From NCBI GenBank assembly GCA_039189765.1, contig JBCCYL010000002.1:117768-181767 (forward strand): 64,000 nucleotides of DNA, read 5' to 3'. The DNA comes from Cyanobacteria bacterium P01_F01_bin.150. Lineage in GTDB: Bacteria > Cyanobacteriota > Cyanobacteriia > CAKZMO01. Position 1 is the stretch's first letter. The number at the start of each line of letters is the position of its first letter. This document shows positions 31,295-40,481 of the stretch, piece after piece. The notes below the pieces were generated by a model that made no database searches, was not told where the DNA came from, and saw nothing but the letters and a program-made list of their open reading frames with translations. The position numbers and the translations under genes were made by a program.

Positions 31295-32107
31295 TTGCTC
31301 AGTGAAAAAAGCAGCAAGAAAAAACAGCGAGGAAGATTAACAGTGAGACGTAACAGGTTGGCTTTCAATAGCTCCGTTCTATTTGTCCCTGCTGTGGGTA
31401 CAGCCCTAATTGCTGTGATGGGTGGACTGTTTTTAGAAATTCCTCAAATAACTGGTTTATTGGGGCAGGCGTTGAGTGGCTCGCTAGTGGCGATCGCTCA
31501 ATCCCTGCCAACTTGTGAACCCCCTGAATCAGATGAGCATCTGGTGCTAGTTGATCAGCAAACCCCTGAGGAATTGGAGCAGCTCAAAGAAGTGTTGCCC
31601 AACGGTAGCACTACAACTATCTGTCAGTATTTAGACGATACTGTGATTCGAGTGGGGGGATTTGCGAATGAAGAAGTGGCGATGGCCTGGGCAGAGTACC
31701 TTAGTAAAACAGTTCAAGTGCCAACGGCGGTTGTTAATCCGGCTAGGGCTTTTTCTGGTGTTGATGGTGCGACAGCCGAACCACCTGCTGAAGACAATGC
31801 AACTGCTGCTGTTCCTGATGAACCCTCCTATCCTGATTATGAGCCTCAGATATTAGCGGAAGGCTTTGCGGTGTTGGTGGACTATGCTGATCGAACTGAT
31901 TTGGCGATCGCAGTTCAATCAGAATTAGAGGAATCCGTTGGTTTGGCGGTCTATCGTCAAAAGCCCTATCTGATTACGTTTCAATCAGATGACTTTAAGG
32001 ATGCAGGCAAAGTACTGCGCCAGCTTATTGAAGCAGATTTTGATGCAATTCTGGTTGATAGTCGTCAGGTGGTGTTAATGACCCCTGCCGTTGCGATTAC
32101 GCCCTAG
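31295..32107 (+). CDS. Hypothetical membrane-anchored protein
   Basis: Long ORF with an N-terminal hydrophobic segment; no family recognised with confidence. Confidence 0.6.
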   Translation: MLSEKSSKKKQRGRLTVRRNRLAFNSSVLFVPAVGTALIAVMGGLFLEIPQITGLLGQALSGSLVAIAQSLPTCEPPESDEHLVLVDQQTPEELEQLKEVLPNGSTTTICQYLDDTVIRVGGFANEEVAMAWAEYLSKTVQVPTAVVNPARAFSGVDGATAEPPAEDNATAAVPDEPSYPDYEPQILAEGFAVLVDYADRTDLAIAVQSELEESVGLAVYRQKPYLITFQSDDFKDAGKVLRQLIEADFDAILVDSRQVVLMTPAVAITP

Positions 32108-32147
32108 TTCTTTAGAACAAGCCAGAGTTCATTAAGTTTGGTAACAT

Positions 32148-32735
32148 TTGAGAGTTGTCTCTTGCTCTCACCATCTCCCCATGAATCGATTCTGGTCCTT
32201 ACTGACTACCTTTTTTATTAGCAGCACTTTAATACTGGGAGCTACTTTGATGGCTCCATCTTTGGCTTTGGCTTTGGGGGGTCCCCAGCCAGAGCTGAAT
32301 CAATTAGCCCCTGATTTTACGCTGCCAACCAACACAGGAGACGGCTCCATCTCTTTGGATGATTATCGAGGAGAATGGGTTGTTGTGTATTTCTATCCTA
32401 AGGATTTCACTCCTGGATGTACATTAGAGGCCCGGCGTTTTCAACAGGACTTGCTGAAATATCAAAAGCGCAATGCCACTATTTTGGGCATTAGCGTGGA
32501 TGATGTTGATTCCCATGCAGAGTTCTGTGATTCCGAAGGGTTAAAGTTTCCCCTGTTGGCTGATGTCGATGGAGCGGTTAGCAAATCCTACGGGTCTTGG
32601 CTAGGAATGAATTCCCTTCGCCACACCTATATTGTGGACCCCGATGGCCTTCTGCAGGCGCGATTTTTAGGGGTACAGCCTTCTGTTCATAGTCGTGAAG
32701 TTTTGAAGACTCTGGACAAACTACAAACGATTTAA
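32148..32735 (+). CDS. bcp: Peroxiredoxin Q / BCP with signal peptide
   Basis: YFYPKDFTPGCTLEA. Confidence 0.9.
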   Translation: MRVVSCSHHLPMNRFWSLLTTFFISSTLILGATLMAPSLALALGGPQPELNQLAPDFTLPTNTGDGSISLDDYRGEWVVVYFYPKDFTPGCTLEARRFQQDLLKYQKRNATILGISVDDVDSHAEFCDSEGLKFPLLADVDGAVSKSYGSWLGMNSLRHTYIVDPDGLLQARFLGVQPSVHSREVLKTLDKLQTI

Positions 32736-32812
32736 CTGGCCTATTTGGAGGGCGATGCCTGCTCTACGAGATGGCTAATTGGGCCTCTGGATTTATGGTT
32801 TGATTGAGCAAT

Positions 32813-32843
32813 AAGTGGAGCGATCGCCCCGATCGCTCCACTT
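32813..32843. terminator. HIP1-containing hairpin after bcp
   Basis: AAGTGGAGCGATCG-ccc-CGATCGCTCCACTT followed by a T-rich tract. Confidence 0.55.
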
Positions 32844-32946
32844 GTTTATTCTCTGACGAGGGTGCTTTGATAAAAAAACGTCCAGATTCTGGGCAAAATC
32901 GCCTGTATCCACCAAAATAAATGAAGCTCCTTTTCCCTAGATAGAG

Positions 32947-34914
32947 ATGTCAAACTTTCGTGCAGTGATTCTTACCGCACTTCCTGTTGAATTTGAGTCT
33001 GTGCGAGAGTTCTTGCCTAAGAGTGAGGAAGTTTGTCATCCAGCCGGAAACATTTATGAGCGTGGGGAGTTCCAAGGGAATCACTGCCTCTGGGATGTGG
33101 GCATTGCAGAAGTGGGAATGGGAGATGCGGGAGCTGCTTTTGAGACGGAACGAGCGATCTCTTTTTTTAATCCCGACGTTATTTTATTTGTGGGGGTTGC
33201 AGGTGGAATCAAAGATGTTGAGATTGGAGATGTCGTTGCGTCCACCAAAGTTTATAACTATGAGTCTGGAAAGGCGAAAGAAACGTTTAATCCCCGACCA
33301 GAGACAGGATTAAGCTCCTATGCACTGATTCAGCGGGCTATGGCAGAGCGCCGAAGTCGTGGTCAGGAGTGGCTGAGCCGTCTTAAATCTAAGCCCCAAA
33401 AACTGCCTAAGGTGAAGGTCGGGCCGATCGCTGCTGGAGAGAAAGTGATTGCCTCTAAGAAATCAGAGGTATATAAGCTTGTGGAAAAGCAATATGGTGA
33501 TGCTCTGGCGGTTGATATGGAGGGGTATGGCTTTCTAAAGGCCGCTCATGCCAATGAACATCGAGCCGTGGCAATGGTGGTGCGGGGTATTTCTGATCTA
33601 ATTGAGGGCAAGAACGATGAGGAGAATCAGGAACCAGAAGACATTCGCCAAGAAAAAGCATCTCGACATGCCAGTGCATTTGCATTCCAGCTACTGGCAA
33701 ATTTCACCCCGCAAGGAAGGTTAATTGAGGCTCCCTCAGAGGCTCAGCAGGTATCACCTCAACCTTGGGATTCGCTCTTCAACAGTTTTGATAATGTTGA
33801 TCCTGAAAGGCTTCAAACGTTTGCATCTTGCTTGGAAGAGGTATTGCCGCCTTTACAACGAGATCTTTTCCCGGAATTGAGTCAGAAGACGACGATGAAT
33901 CTTAAAACACTTCTTTCTGTAGTGGAGCGTCTTAATAGTGTAGAGCGTCTTGATAGTGTGGGTCTGCTTGTGAAATGGGTAGAGCTTATTGTGCGTGAGC
34001 CAGAAGAGCGATCTGATGATGAATTATCGGGACTTGGTTTATCTGATTTACAAGCATGGTGCGACAAACATCGTCCTTCTGTTAGGGAGCCAGAGCCAGA
34101 GCCGGAGCCAGAGAGATTGGAGTATCTGCTGATTACCCTGGAACCCAGGGATGATGACGATACAGTGTTTCTGACCGCAGAAATTCAGGCTACGAATGGC
34201 AAGTTACTCAGTAATAATCTTTTGCCTCCGGGTCAAAAATGTTCTATCGATGACCCATCTGAATCGTTATCTGAAGCCATTAATAAAGCGGGGAAAGTTA
34301 AAGCCGTTGAAATTTTCTTATCATGGCGGCATTTTCGCAAACCAATTCATGAGTGGAAAATCAATCGAGGTTTGGACGATATACATCTGAACGTGTTCAG
34401 AAATGTATTGCTGCGATCGCTTGATAGGTGTCTAGAAAAGAAATACAAGTATTTGGTAGCTGAATGGACCGAAAGGCTCCGTAGTCAGTGGGAACAACTA
34501 CCCTCCTGTGAGAATCGGGTCTTAGAAGATTATTGCCATAATGTGACGGCGTTGGATTTGGATTTTTTAAGGAGTACCTTGGTCCCAGAAGAATCTAAAT
34601 ATCTGATTTTGCACTTCTTGGATGAACTGCCAGAAGAACTTGACGAGTTAAGGAAGCTAGTTAGTATCTTAATGGAGTCAGGCATTCCTATCTGCTTATG
34701 GCCGCGTGATGAGCCGATTCAATCTGAGAGCGTTCCAGAATCCCTTGCAACACTTCTTTGCGATATGAACGTGCTGCGCCAGCCAAGCCGCTTGGCGGCT
34801 AGTATTCGAAAACTCGATACTCCTTTGTCAAATTTAGGTTTACTATGCGAGTGTCCTTACCGATTACCTGGTTTGGTGGATTGGAAAAGTGGCCGTTTGC
34901 GCCAGCCTGCTTAG
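32947..34914 (+). CDS. PNP/MTA-SAH nucleosidase effector fused to a putative vWA-MoxR-associated protein (VMAP) C-terminal region
   Basis: ILTALPVEF, FVGVAGG, GDVV, AVDMEG.G and VRGISD nucleosidase motifs. The C-terminal VEIFL...PIHEW...LRSLDR and GIPICLW.R segments resemble VMAP-C, and the gene precedes MoxR and vWA. Confidence 0.8.
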   Translation: MSNFRAVILTALPVEFESVREFLPKSEEVCHPAGNIYERGEFQGNHCLWDVGIAEVGMGDAGAAFETERAISFFNPDVILFVGVAGGIKDVEIGDVVASTKVYNYESGKAKETFNPRPETGLSSYALIQRAMAERRSRGQEWLSRLKSKPQKLPKVKVGPIAAGEKVIASKKSEVYKLVEKQYGDALAVDMEGYGFLKAAHANEHRAVAMVVRGISDLIEGKNDEENQEPEDIRQEKASRHASAFAFQLLANFTPQGRLIEAPSEAQQVSPQPWDSLFNSFDNVDPERLQTFASCLEEVLPPLQRDLFPELSQKTTMNLKTLLSVVERLNSVERLDSVGLLVKWVELIVREPEERSDDELSGLGLSDLQAWCDKHRPSVREPEPEPEPERLEYLLITLEPRDDDDTVFLTAEIQATNGKLLSNNLLPPGQKCSIDDPSESLSEAINKAGKVKAVEIFLSWRHFRKPIHEWKINRGLDDIHLNVFRNVLLRSLDRCLEKKYKYLVAEWTERLRSQWEQLPSCENRVLEDYCHNVTALDLDFLRSTLVPEESKYLILHFLDELPEELDELRKLVSILMESGIPICLWPRDEPIQSESVPESLATLLCDMNVLRQPSRLAASIRKLDTPLSNLGLLCECPYRLPGLVDWKSGRLRQPA

Positions 34915-34936
34915 CCCTATATGTTTTGTAAGTTCT

Positions 34937-36151
34937 ATGTCTAACTGGAAATTTTTTACTGGTCAACTAAAGCAAGATAATACGCCTCGGCAATCTCCAT
35001 TGGAGCCAATTGGGGAGCGACCGGCTTGGCGGCAGTTTATGGCTAAGGACGAGTTTGAAAAAACGTGGGCAAAGGCAAGTAAGGCTCGATGGAAGGCATT
35101 GCGGAGTGAGGGGCGACTGGACACGCGATCACGAGAAAAGGGGCAGAGCTTTCGGATTCGGCAAATGGATAATGGCCAGTCTGAGATTCAGACGGCGGTG
35201 AATTCGGCATTGGCTTTGCGGCGTCCACTATTGATTACGGGCAATCCAGGGTCGGGGAAGACATCGTTGGCCTATGCGATCGCCTACGAACTCAATCTAG
35301 GCCCTGTCTTGCTATGGCCCATTACTACCCGCACCAGGTTATCGGATGCGCTCTATCAGTATGATGCGATCGCCCGTTTGCAGGATACTCAGTTTGATAA
35401 GGCGGAACTGGAGTTACAACTGCTATTGGCGAAGGCGGACGATAAAACGCCAGATCGCACCAAAATCGAAGCGCTTAAAAAAGGCCGCAACCTGGGCGAT
35501 TATATTCAGCTTGGGCCCGTGGGAACTGCGTTTCTGCCGTCCCATTTACCCCGTGTGTTGTTAATTGACGAGATTGACAAGAGCGAGTTAAACCTGCCCA
35601 ATGATCTGCTGAATTTGTTTGAGGAAGGCAGCTACAACATTCCAGAATTGGCCCGACAAAAGAGTAGTGCAAAGGTGTCGGTGCGGACGGCAGATGATGA
35701 GCTATCGGCGGATATTGTTAAGGGCAAGGTGACCTGTTACGAATTTCCATTGGTTATTTTGACCAGTAATGGGGAACGGGACTTTCCTCCAGCGTTTCTG
35801 CGTCGCTGTTTGCGGATTAATATGCCTGACCCCACGGAAAGTGATGTGCTGGAGCGTATTGTTGGGGCACACTTTGAATGCGCTGAACATCTGGAGGGAG
35901 AGCGTTCCTGGCCTGAATTAAAAGAGGATATTCGACCGCTGATTGAGGCGTTTGCTAAGGACCTTGGACGCAAGAAATCGTCTTTAGCGACGGATCAACT
36001 GCTGAATTTAATCTATATGGTGCGTCAGTCCCAAATTAGTGTCACTGAGGCCATGGGTGATGAGAGCCAGCACAAGGAAAAAACAGCGGAATTAGACACT
36101 CTCAAAGCCATCTTGCTGCGTCGTCTCACAGGGGAAGCGGGTCGCAAATGA
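34937..36151 (+). CDS. MoxR family AAA+ ATPase
   Basis: LRRPLLITGNPGSGKTSLA, LLIDEIDK and TSNGERDFPPAFLRRC motifs. Confidence 0.92.
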   Translation: MSNWKFFTGQLKQDNTPRQSPLEPIGERPAWRQFMAKDEFEKTWAKASKARWKALRSEGRLDTRSREKGQSFRIRQMDNGQSEIQTAVNSALALRRPLLITGNPGSGKTSLAYAIAYELNLGPVLLWPITTRTRLSDALYQYDAIARLQDTQFDKAELELQLLLAKADDKTPDRTKIEALKKGRNLGDYIQLGPVGTAFLPSHLPRVLLIDEIDKSELNLPNDLLNLFEEGSYNIPELARQKSSAKVSVRTADDELSADIVKGKVTCYEFPLVILTSNGERDFPPAFLRRCLRINMPDPTESDVLERIVGAHFECAEHLEGERSWPELKEDIRPLIEAFAKDLGRKKSSLATDQLLNLIYMVRQSQISVTEAMGDESQHKEKTAELDTLKAILLRRLTGEAGRK

Positions 36152-39087
36152 GCACAGAGCAGTTTGTCGCAGCATTGAGTGAGTGTGACCTCAATCCCAC
36201 AGAGATCGCGGATATTCTCTGGCTAGCGCTGCGTCAACTGGATTCTGCTGAGCAATTTGGTGAGGATAAGACTAATGATGGCCAGGAGGATGGGGCTAGA
36301 GGCGATGATGGCCAGGAGGATGGGGCTGGAGACGATGATGGCCAGGAGGATGAGGCTGGAGACGATGATGGCCAGGAGGATGAGGCTGGAGACGATGATA
36401 GCCAGGAGGATGGGGCTGAAGACGATGATGGCCAAAACGCTGTAGAAGATGGCGCGGCTGGTGGTGATCTTCCCCCTGGCGATGACGATGAAGAAGAGAG
36501 CGGAGAAGAAACCGGGGACGAGGATAAGGATGACGGCTCTGACCAACAGTCGTCCTTTGATATTGCTGCACAGGATGCTTCGGGGGTCTTGCCAGAAAAA
36601 GCGGTCCCCATTTCGGTTCCTGATGCAGGTTTTCTAGAGGAAACGTTACCGCTGGTGCGGGCCTTGCGACCCATCCTAAAGCAAATTGCCTCTGAGACCG
36701 TTAGCTATGTGGATGAGGCGGCAACGGTGGATCGGATTGCGGAGACAAATATCTGGTCGCCGGTGCTGCAACCGGATTATGAACCGTGGTTTGATGTAGC
36801 CTTTGTAATCGATAGCAGTGCTTCCATGCATTTATGGGAGCGGTTGATTCAGGATATTCAGCGGTTGTTGCGCTGCTATGGGTCATTTCGAGACTTTCGA
36901 GTTTGGCAGTTGAAGGTGACAGAAGGCCAGGTGGGTATTTGTGCGGTGCCGGATCAGGTTATGCGCCATCCAAGGGCGTTGCTTGCGCCGGATGGTCGTC
37001 GGCTGACGTTGGTGTTTAGTGACTGTACGGCGGAATATTGGTGGGATGGAACGCTTCAGCCGATGCTGGCCCTGTGGGGAGAGTCCATGCCGACATCAAT
37101 TTGGCAGGTGCTGCCCGATTGGATGTGGAAGCGTACGGCGTTGGGGGTTGGGGAGTATGTGGCGATTCGAAATCGGATTCCTGGGGCGACAAATGGAGAG
37201 CTAAACCCGATCTTTTTATCATTACGTCCATCGATTTTATCGCCAGCGGAGCCGTCTCAGGCGGCAGATAGTTTGGTTGGGGCTTCACCAGCTAAGCCGA
37301 TTTGTGTGCCTGTGATTACTACGGAGTCCGAGTCCCTGAGTGCTTGGAGTCGAATGGTGGCAGGGGATCGGCGGTCGTCAACGCCGGGGTTTGTGTTGCC
37401 GGAGAGGGGCTGGGAGAAGGAGCGGCCAACGCCATCAGATGATTTACAAGGGGATGCCGATCAGCAAGAGGTTGCAGACCAACAGTTGGAGCAATTTCGC
37501 TTACGAGCGACCCCTGAGGCCCGTCGATTGGCGGCGTTATTATCGGCTGCGCCGGTGATTACCTTGCCGATTATGCGGTTGATTCGAGCGTCCATGTTGT
37601 CTGGCACGTCTCCATTGCCGGTGGCTGAGGTCTTTTTAGGCGGGTTGTTAAAGCGGACATCCACCCCAGGGCAGACGCCAGATAAGCCGATAGATACTGA
37701 GCTGGTCCAGTATGATTTGCCGATTGAAACGCGGAATCGCCTGTTGGATGTGTTGCCAAAGGTGGAGGCGATTGAGGTGATCGAGGCGGTGTCCCAACAT
37801 ATTTCTGAGCAGTTGGGGCTGACTCTGATGGATTTTCGGGCATTGCTGTTATCTCTTGACTTAAAACAGGAGGCGGATCAGTATGACCTAAAAGCGTTTG
37901 CCCGTGTGACGGCCCAGATTTTACGAAAGTTGGGGAAGGAGTATGCGGCCTTAGCGGACCAATTTGAGGTTCCTCTGGAGCCTGATATCCCTCGGACACA
38001 GAAATGGTTGGATCTGCCCCTGGAGGAGTTTGAGCACGAATCGGCTAGGCTTGTGGCTTTGCCTAGTGAGCCGAGGGCGATCGCCCTTACCATAGTTACG
38101 TTAAGCATTCAGCCAGACTATGCTGCGGGGCTGGAAGAGGTGGAAGACCGTCAGGCTGAAGTTGTGACGCTGGTGGTTGACGAAGCAGAGCAACCATCAG
38201 TATTTGATCAGTTAGAACCGTTTCCAATTCAGATTGCAACGGTTGAACGTCAAGGGTCTGAGTGGGTGGTTAACTATACCGAATCAGAGGCCGATCGCTA
38301 TATTGAGACCTTGCCAGGGGGAATTTCTTTGGAATTAGCAAGGATTCCATCTGGGGGCTTTATGATGGGGGCACCAGAGGATGAACCAGAGCGCCATGGG
38401 CGGGAAACTCAGCATCGAGTGACGATCGCTTATGACTTTTTGATGGGGCGCTATCCCGTGACTCAGGCTCAGTGGCGGGTGGTTGCATCCTCCCTGCCTC
38501 AGATTGTTCGGAATCTAAAACCAGCCCCATCTAAATTTAAAGAGGAGAAGCGTCCGGTTGAACGAGTCAGTTGGCATGAGGCGATAGAGTTTTGTAATCG
38601 CCTTAATCGCTATTTTGAGGGGCGCTCTATCCCGGAGGGGTACGAATATCGCTTACCGAGCGAAATTGAATGGGAATATGCCTGTCGTGCAGAAACCACT
38701 ACTCCCTTTTATTTTGGGCCAATGATTACGACCGAGGTAGCAAATTATAGCGGTAGCTCCTATGACGATGGACCTACTGGAAAAAGGCGAGGAGAAACCA
38801 CCCCAGTTACCGAGTTTAACCATGCCAATCAATTTGGCCTATCGGATATGCATGGCAATGTTTGGGAATGGTGCTTAGATGAGTGGTGGCATCAGAATTA
38901 CAGGGGTGCCACCCTCGATGGCAGTACGTGGCTAGAGAACACCCCACAAAGTAATAATAGGCATGTTAGGCGTGGCGGGTCTTGGATCTCTCGTCCGAGG
39001 TACTGTCGGTCTGCCTATCGTCTCCACGACCACTCCGACCTTCGCTCCGACTCTCTTGGTTTTCGGGTTGTTCTCGCCCCTCAATGA
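36148..39087 (+). CDS. vWA (SAV_2336-type) protein with C-terminal FGE-sulfatase/CLec domain; putative DGR target 1
   Basis: EIADILWLA N-terminus, RALRP, DE.ATV..IA, vWA VIDSSASM..W, FSDC...W; C-terminal RLPSE.EWEYACRA, DMHGNVWEW, RGGSW and GFRVV. Overlaps the MoxR stop (ATGA). Confidence 0.88.
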   Translation: MSTEQFVAALSECDLNPTEIADILWLALRQLDSAEQFGEDKTNDGQEDGARGDDGQEDGAGDDDGQEDEAGDDDGQEDEAGDDDSQEDGAEDDDGQNAVEDGAAGGDLPPGDDDEEESGEETGDEDKDDGSDQQSSFDIAAQDASGVLPEKAVPISVPDAGFLEETLPLVRALRPILKQIASETVSYVDEAATVDRIAETNIWSPVLQPDYEPWFDVAFVIDSSASMHLWERLIQDIQRLLRCYGSFRDFRVWQLKVTEGQVGICAVPDQVMRHPRALLAPDGRRLTLVFSDCTAEYWWDGTLQPMLALWGESMPTSIWQVLPDWMWKRTALGVGEYVAIRNRIPGATNGELNPIFLSLRPSILSPAEPSQAADSLVGASPAKPICVPVITTESESLSAWSRMVAGDRRSSTPGFVLPERGWEKERPTPSDDLQGDADQQEVADQQLEQFRLRATPEARRLAALLSAAPVITLPIMRLIRASMLSGTSPLPVAEVFLGGLLKRTSTPGQTPDKPIDTELVQYDLPIETRNRLLDVLPKVEAIEVIEAVSQHISEQLGLTLMDFRALLLSLDLKQEADQYDLKAFARVTAQILRKLGKEYAALADQFEVPLEPDIPRTQKWLDLPLEEFEHESARLVALPSEPRAIALTIVTLSIQPDYAAGLEEVEDRQAEVVTLVVDEAEQPSVFDQLEPFPIQIATVERQGSEWVVNYTESEADRYIETLPGGISLELARIPSGGFMMGAPEDEPERHGRETQHRVTIAYDFLMGRYPVTQAQWRVVASSLPQIVRNLKPAPSKFKEEKRPVERVSWHEAIEFCNRLNRYFEGRSIPEGYEYRLPSEIEWEYACRAETTTPFYFGPMITTEVANYSGSSYDDGPTGKRRGETTPVTEFNHANQFGLSDMHGNVWEWCLDEWWHQNYRGATLDGSTWLENTPQSNNRHVRRGGSWISRPRYCRSAYRLHDHSDLRSDSLGFRVVLAPQ
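36276..36437 (+). repeat. Coding 30-bp acidic tandem repeat (DDGQED(G/E)AGD, about 5 copies)
   Basis: GATGATGGCCAGGAGGATG(G/A)GGCTGGAGAC units. Confidence 0.9.
38971..39087 (+). repeat. Putative DGR variable region VR1
   Basis: 117-bp block homologous to 39879, 41217 and 42181, with variation at codon positions 1-2. Confidence 0.75.
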
Positions 39088-39158
39088 CTCCTTTTGTAAT
39101 TTGCCTTATTTCATTTTATTTTCTACATATAAAAATAATAAAATCTCATTGATTAGAA

Positions 39159-39995
39159 ATGGCGACATCCTCCAGTACGGCTCCTAGGAAAATTCGGGAA
39201 GAACGTGAGACGACGACGTTTCGGTTTGGGCAAGAGCGGTTGAATGATGAGGTTCTGCTGAATTTGGTGCGGATTCTGGCTGGGGGTTTCATTATGGGGT
39301 CGCCAGAGGGAGAAGAGGGGCGTTCTGATGCTGAAGGTCCTCAGCGCTTGGTGTCAGTGTCGGAGTTCTGGATGGGGCAGTATCCCGTGACTCAGCAAGA
39401 ATGGCGGATTGTGGCTGGATATACCAAGGTTGAACGAGATATGGAGCTTGACCCATCTCATTTTAAGGGAGGCCGTCGTCCGGTCGAGAGAGTATCCTGG
39501 GATGATGCGGTGGAGTTTTGTCAACGCCTCTCGCAGCATACAGGCCGTAACTACCGCTTACCTTCGGAAGCTGAATGGGAATATGCCTGTCGGGCGGAAA
39601 CTAAGACCCCCTTTCATTTGGGTCTAACCCTTTCAGCCAAATACTCTAACTACGACGCCAGGGAAGTGTATGGTCTTGGGACACAGGGAGAATATCGAAG
39701 GGGAACTGTGGATGTAGATCACTTTCAGGTGACCAATAACTTTGGATTGGTCGGGATGCATGGCAATGTGTGGGAATGGTGCCAGGACCACTGGCATGAA
39801 AGCTATAAGGGTGCCCCCCTCAATGGTAGTGCATGGATGGAGAACACCTCACATAGTAAGAATAGGGACTGCGTATTTCGTGGCGGGGCTTGGTTAACTC
39901 GTCCGAGAGACTGTCGGTCTGCCTTTCGTGGCCACAATCTTCCCGCCTATCGCCGCCGCAATCTCGGTTTTCGGGTAGTTCTCGCCCCCCAATGA
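39159..39995 (+). CDS. Stand-alone FGE-sulfatase/CLec protein; putative DGR target 2
   Basis: F.MGS, YPVTQ, RLPSEAEWEYACRA, MHGNVWEW, RGGAW and GFRVVLAPQ. Confidence 0.9.
   Translation: MATSSSTAPRKIREERETTTFRFGQERLNDEVLLNLVRILAGGFIMGSPEGEEGRSDAEGPQRLVSVSEFWMGQYPVTQQEWRIVAGYTKVERDMELDPSHFKGGRRPVERVSWDDAVEFCQRLSQHTGRNYRLPSEAEWEYACRAETKTPFHLGLTLSAKYSNYDAREVYGLGTQGEYRRGTVDVDHFQVTNNFGLVGMHGNVWEWCQDHWHESYKGAPLNGSAWMENTSHSKNRDCVFRGGAWLTRPRDCRSAFRGHNLPAYRRRNLGFRVVLAPQ
39879..39995 (+). repeat. Putative DGR variable region VR2
   Basis: 117-bp homologous block; the most diverged of the four. Confidence 0.7.
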
Positions 39996-40035
39996 CTCCT
40001 TTGCTTTTTCTTTTTTGTCTTTTTGCCTTTGCCCC

Positions 40036-40087
40036 GGTGCCCAGACTCTGGCTCCCGGAGCATTCCCAGCCAGAGTCTGGGAATCAG
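40036..40087. repeat. REP-like element (short, internally deleted form)
   Basis: GGTGCCCAGACTCTGGCT...TTCCCAGCCAGAGTCTGGGAATCAG. Confidence 0.7.
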
Positions 40088-40111
40088 GGGGATCAGAGGG
40101 GCGGCTGAGGA

Positions 40112-40240
40112 TCAGGCATCAAGCAAGTCAAACAGAATCTGCACCAGTTTAGGAGCGCTAAAAATTGGAATCCATTTGGTGGTTGTGCAGGTGACAAAGT
40201 GGGGCTGGTTGCCCACAGTCCGATATTGAGAACGATCCAT
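40112..40240 (-). pseudogene. Truncated REP-associated tyrosine transposase (RAYT, Y1/HUH) N-terminal fragment
   Basis: MDRSQYRTVGNQPHFVTCTTTKWIPIFSAPKLVQILFD resembles RAYT N-termini. It stops after 42 codons, before any HUH motif, and is flanked by REP-like elements. Confidence 0.7.
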
Positions 40241-40333
40241 ACTGAAGATTAAATAATGTGGTCTTAACGTTCCCAATTGAATTGGAAGATTGCATACTGA
40301 AAGGCAGATATGTTCGCATTCCTCCAGTCCACC

Positions 40334-40442
40334 CTGGTGCCCAGACTCCGGCTGGGTGCAATGGACGAGACTCTGGCTCGTCTGCCTTTGTTTTTGGAGC
40401 CGGAGTCTCCAAGAGGATTCCCAGCTAGAGTCTGGGAATGAG
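40334..40442. repeat. REP/REPIN-like element
   Basis: CTGGTGCCCAGACTCCGGCTGGGTG...TTCCCAGCTAGAGTCTGGGAATGAG; homologous to 43847-43960. Confidence 0.8.
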
Positions 40443-40481
40443 GTGTGTAAGAGTTGTAAGTTGATTGGAGTATTCCCTTCA

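Noticed and set aside
40290..40481. N-terminal extension of FGE gene 3 in the ORF track
   Set aside because: It translates a REP element; the ATG at 40482 has an RBS and matches paralogue length
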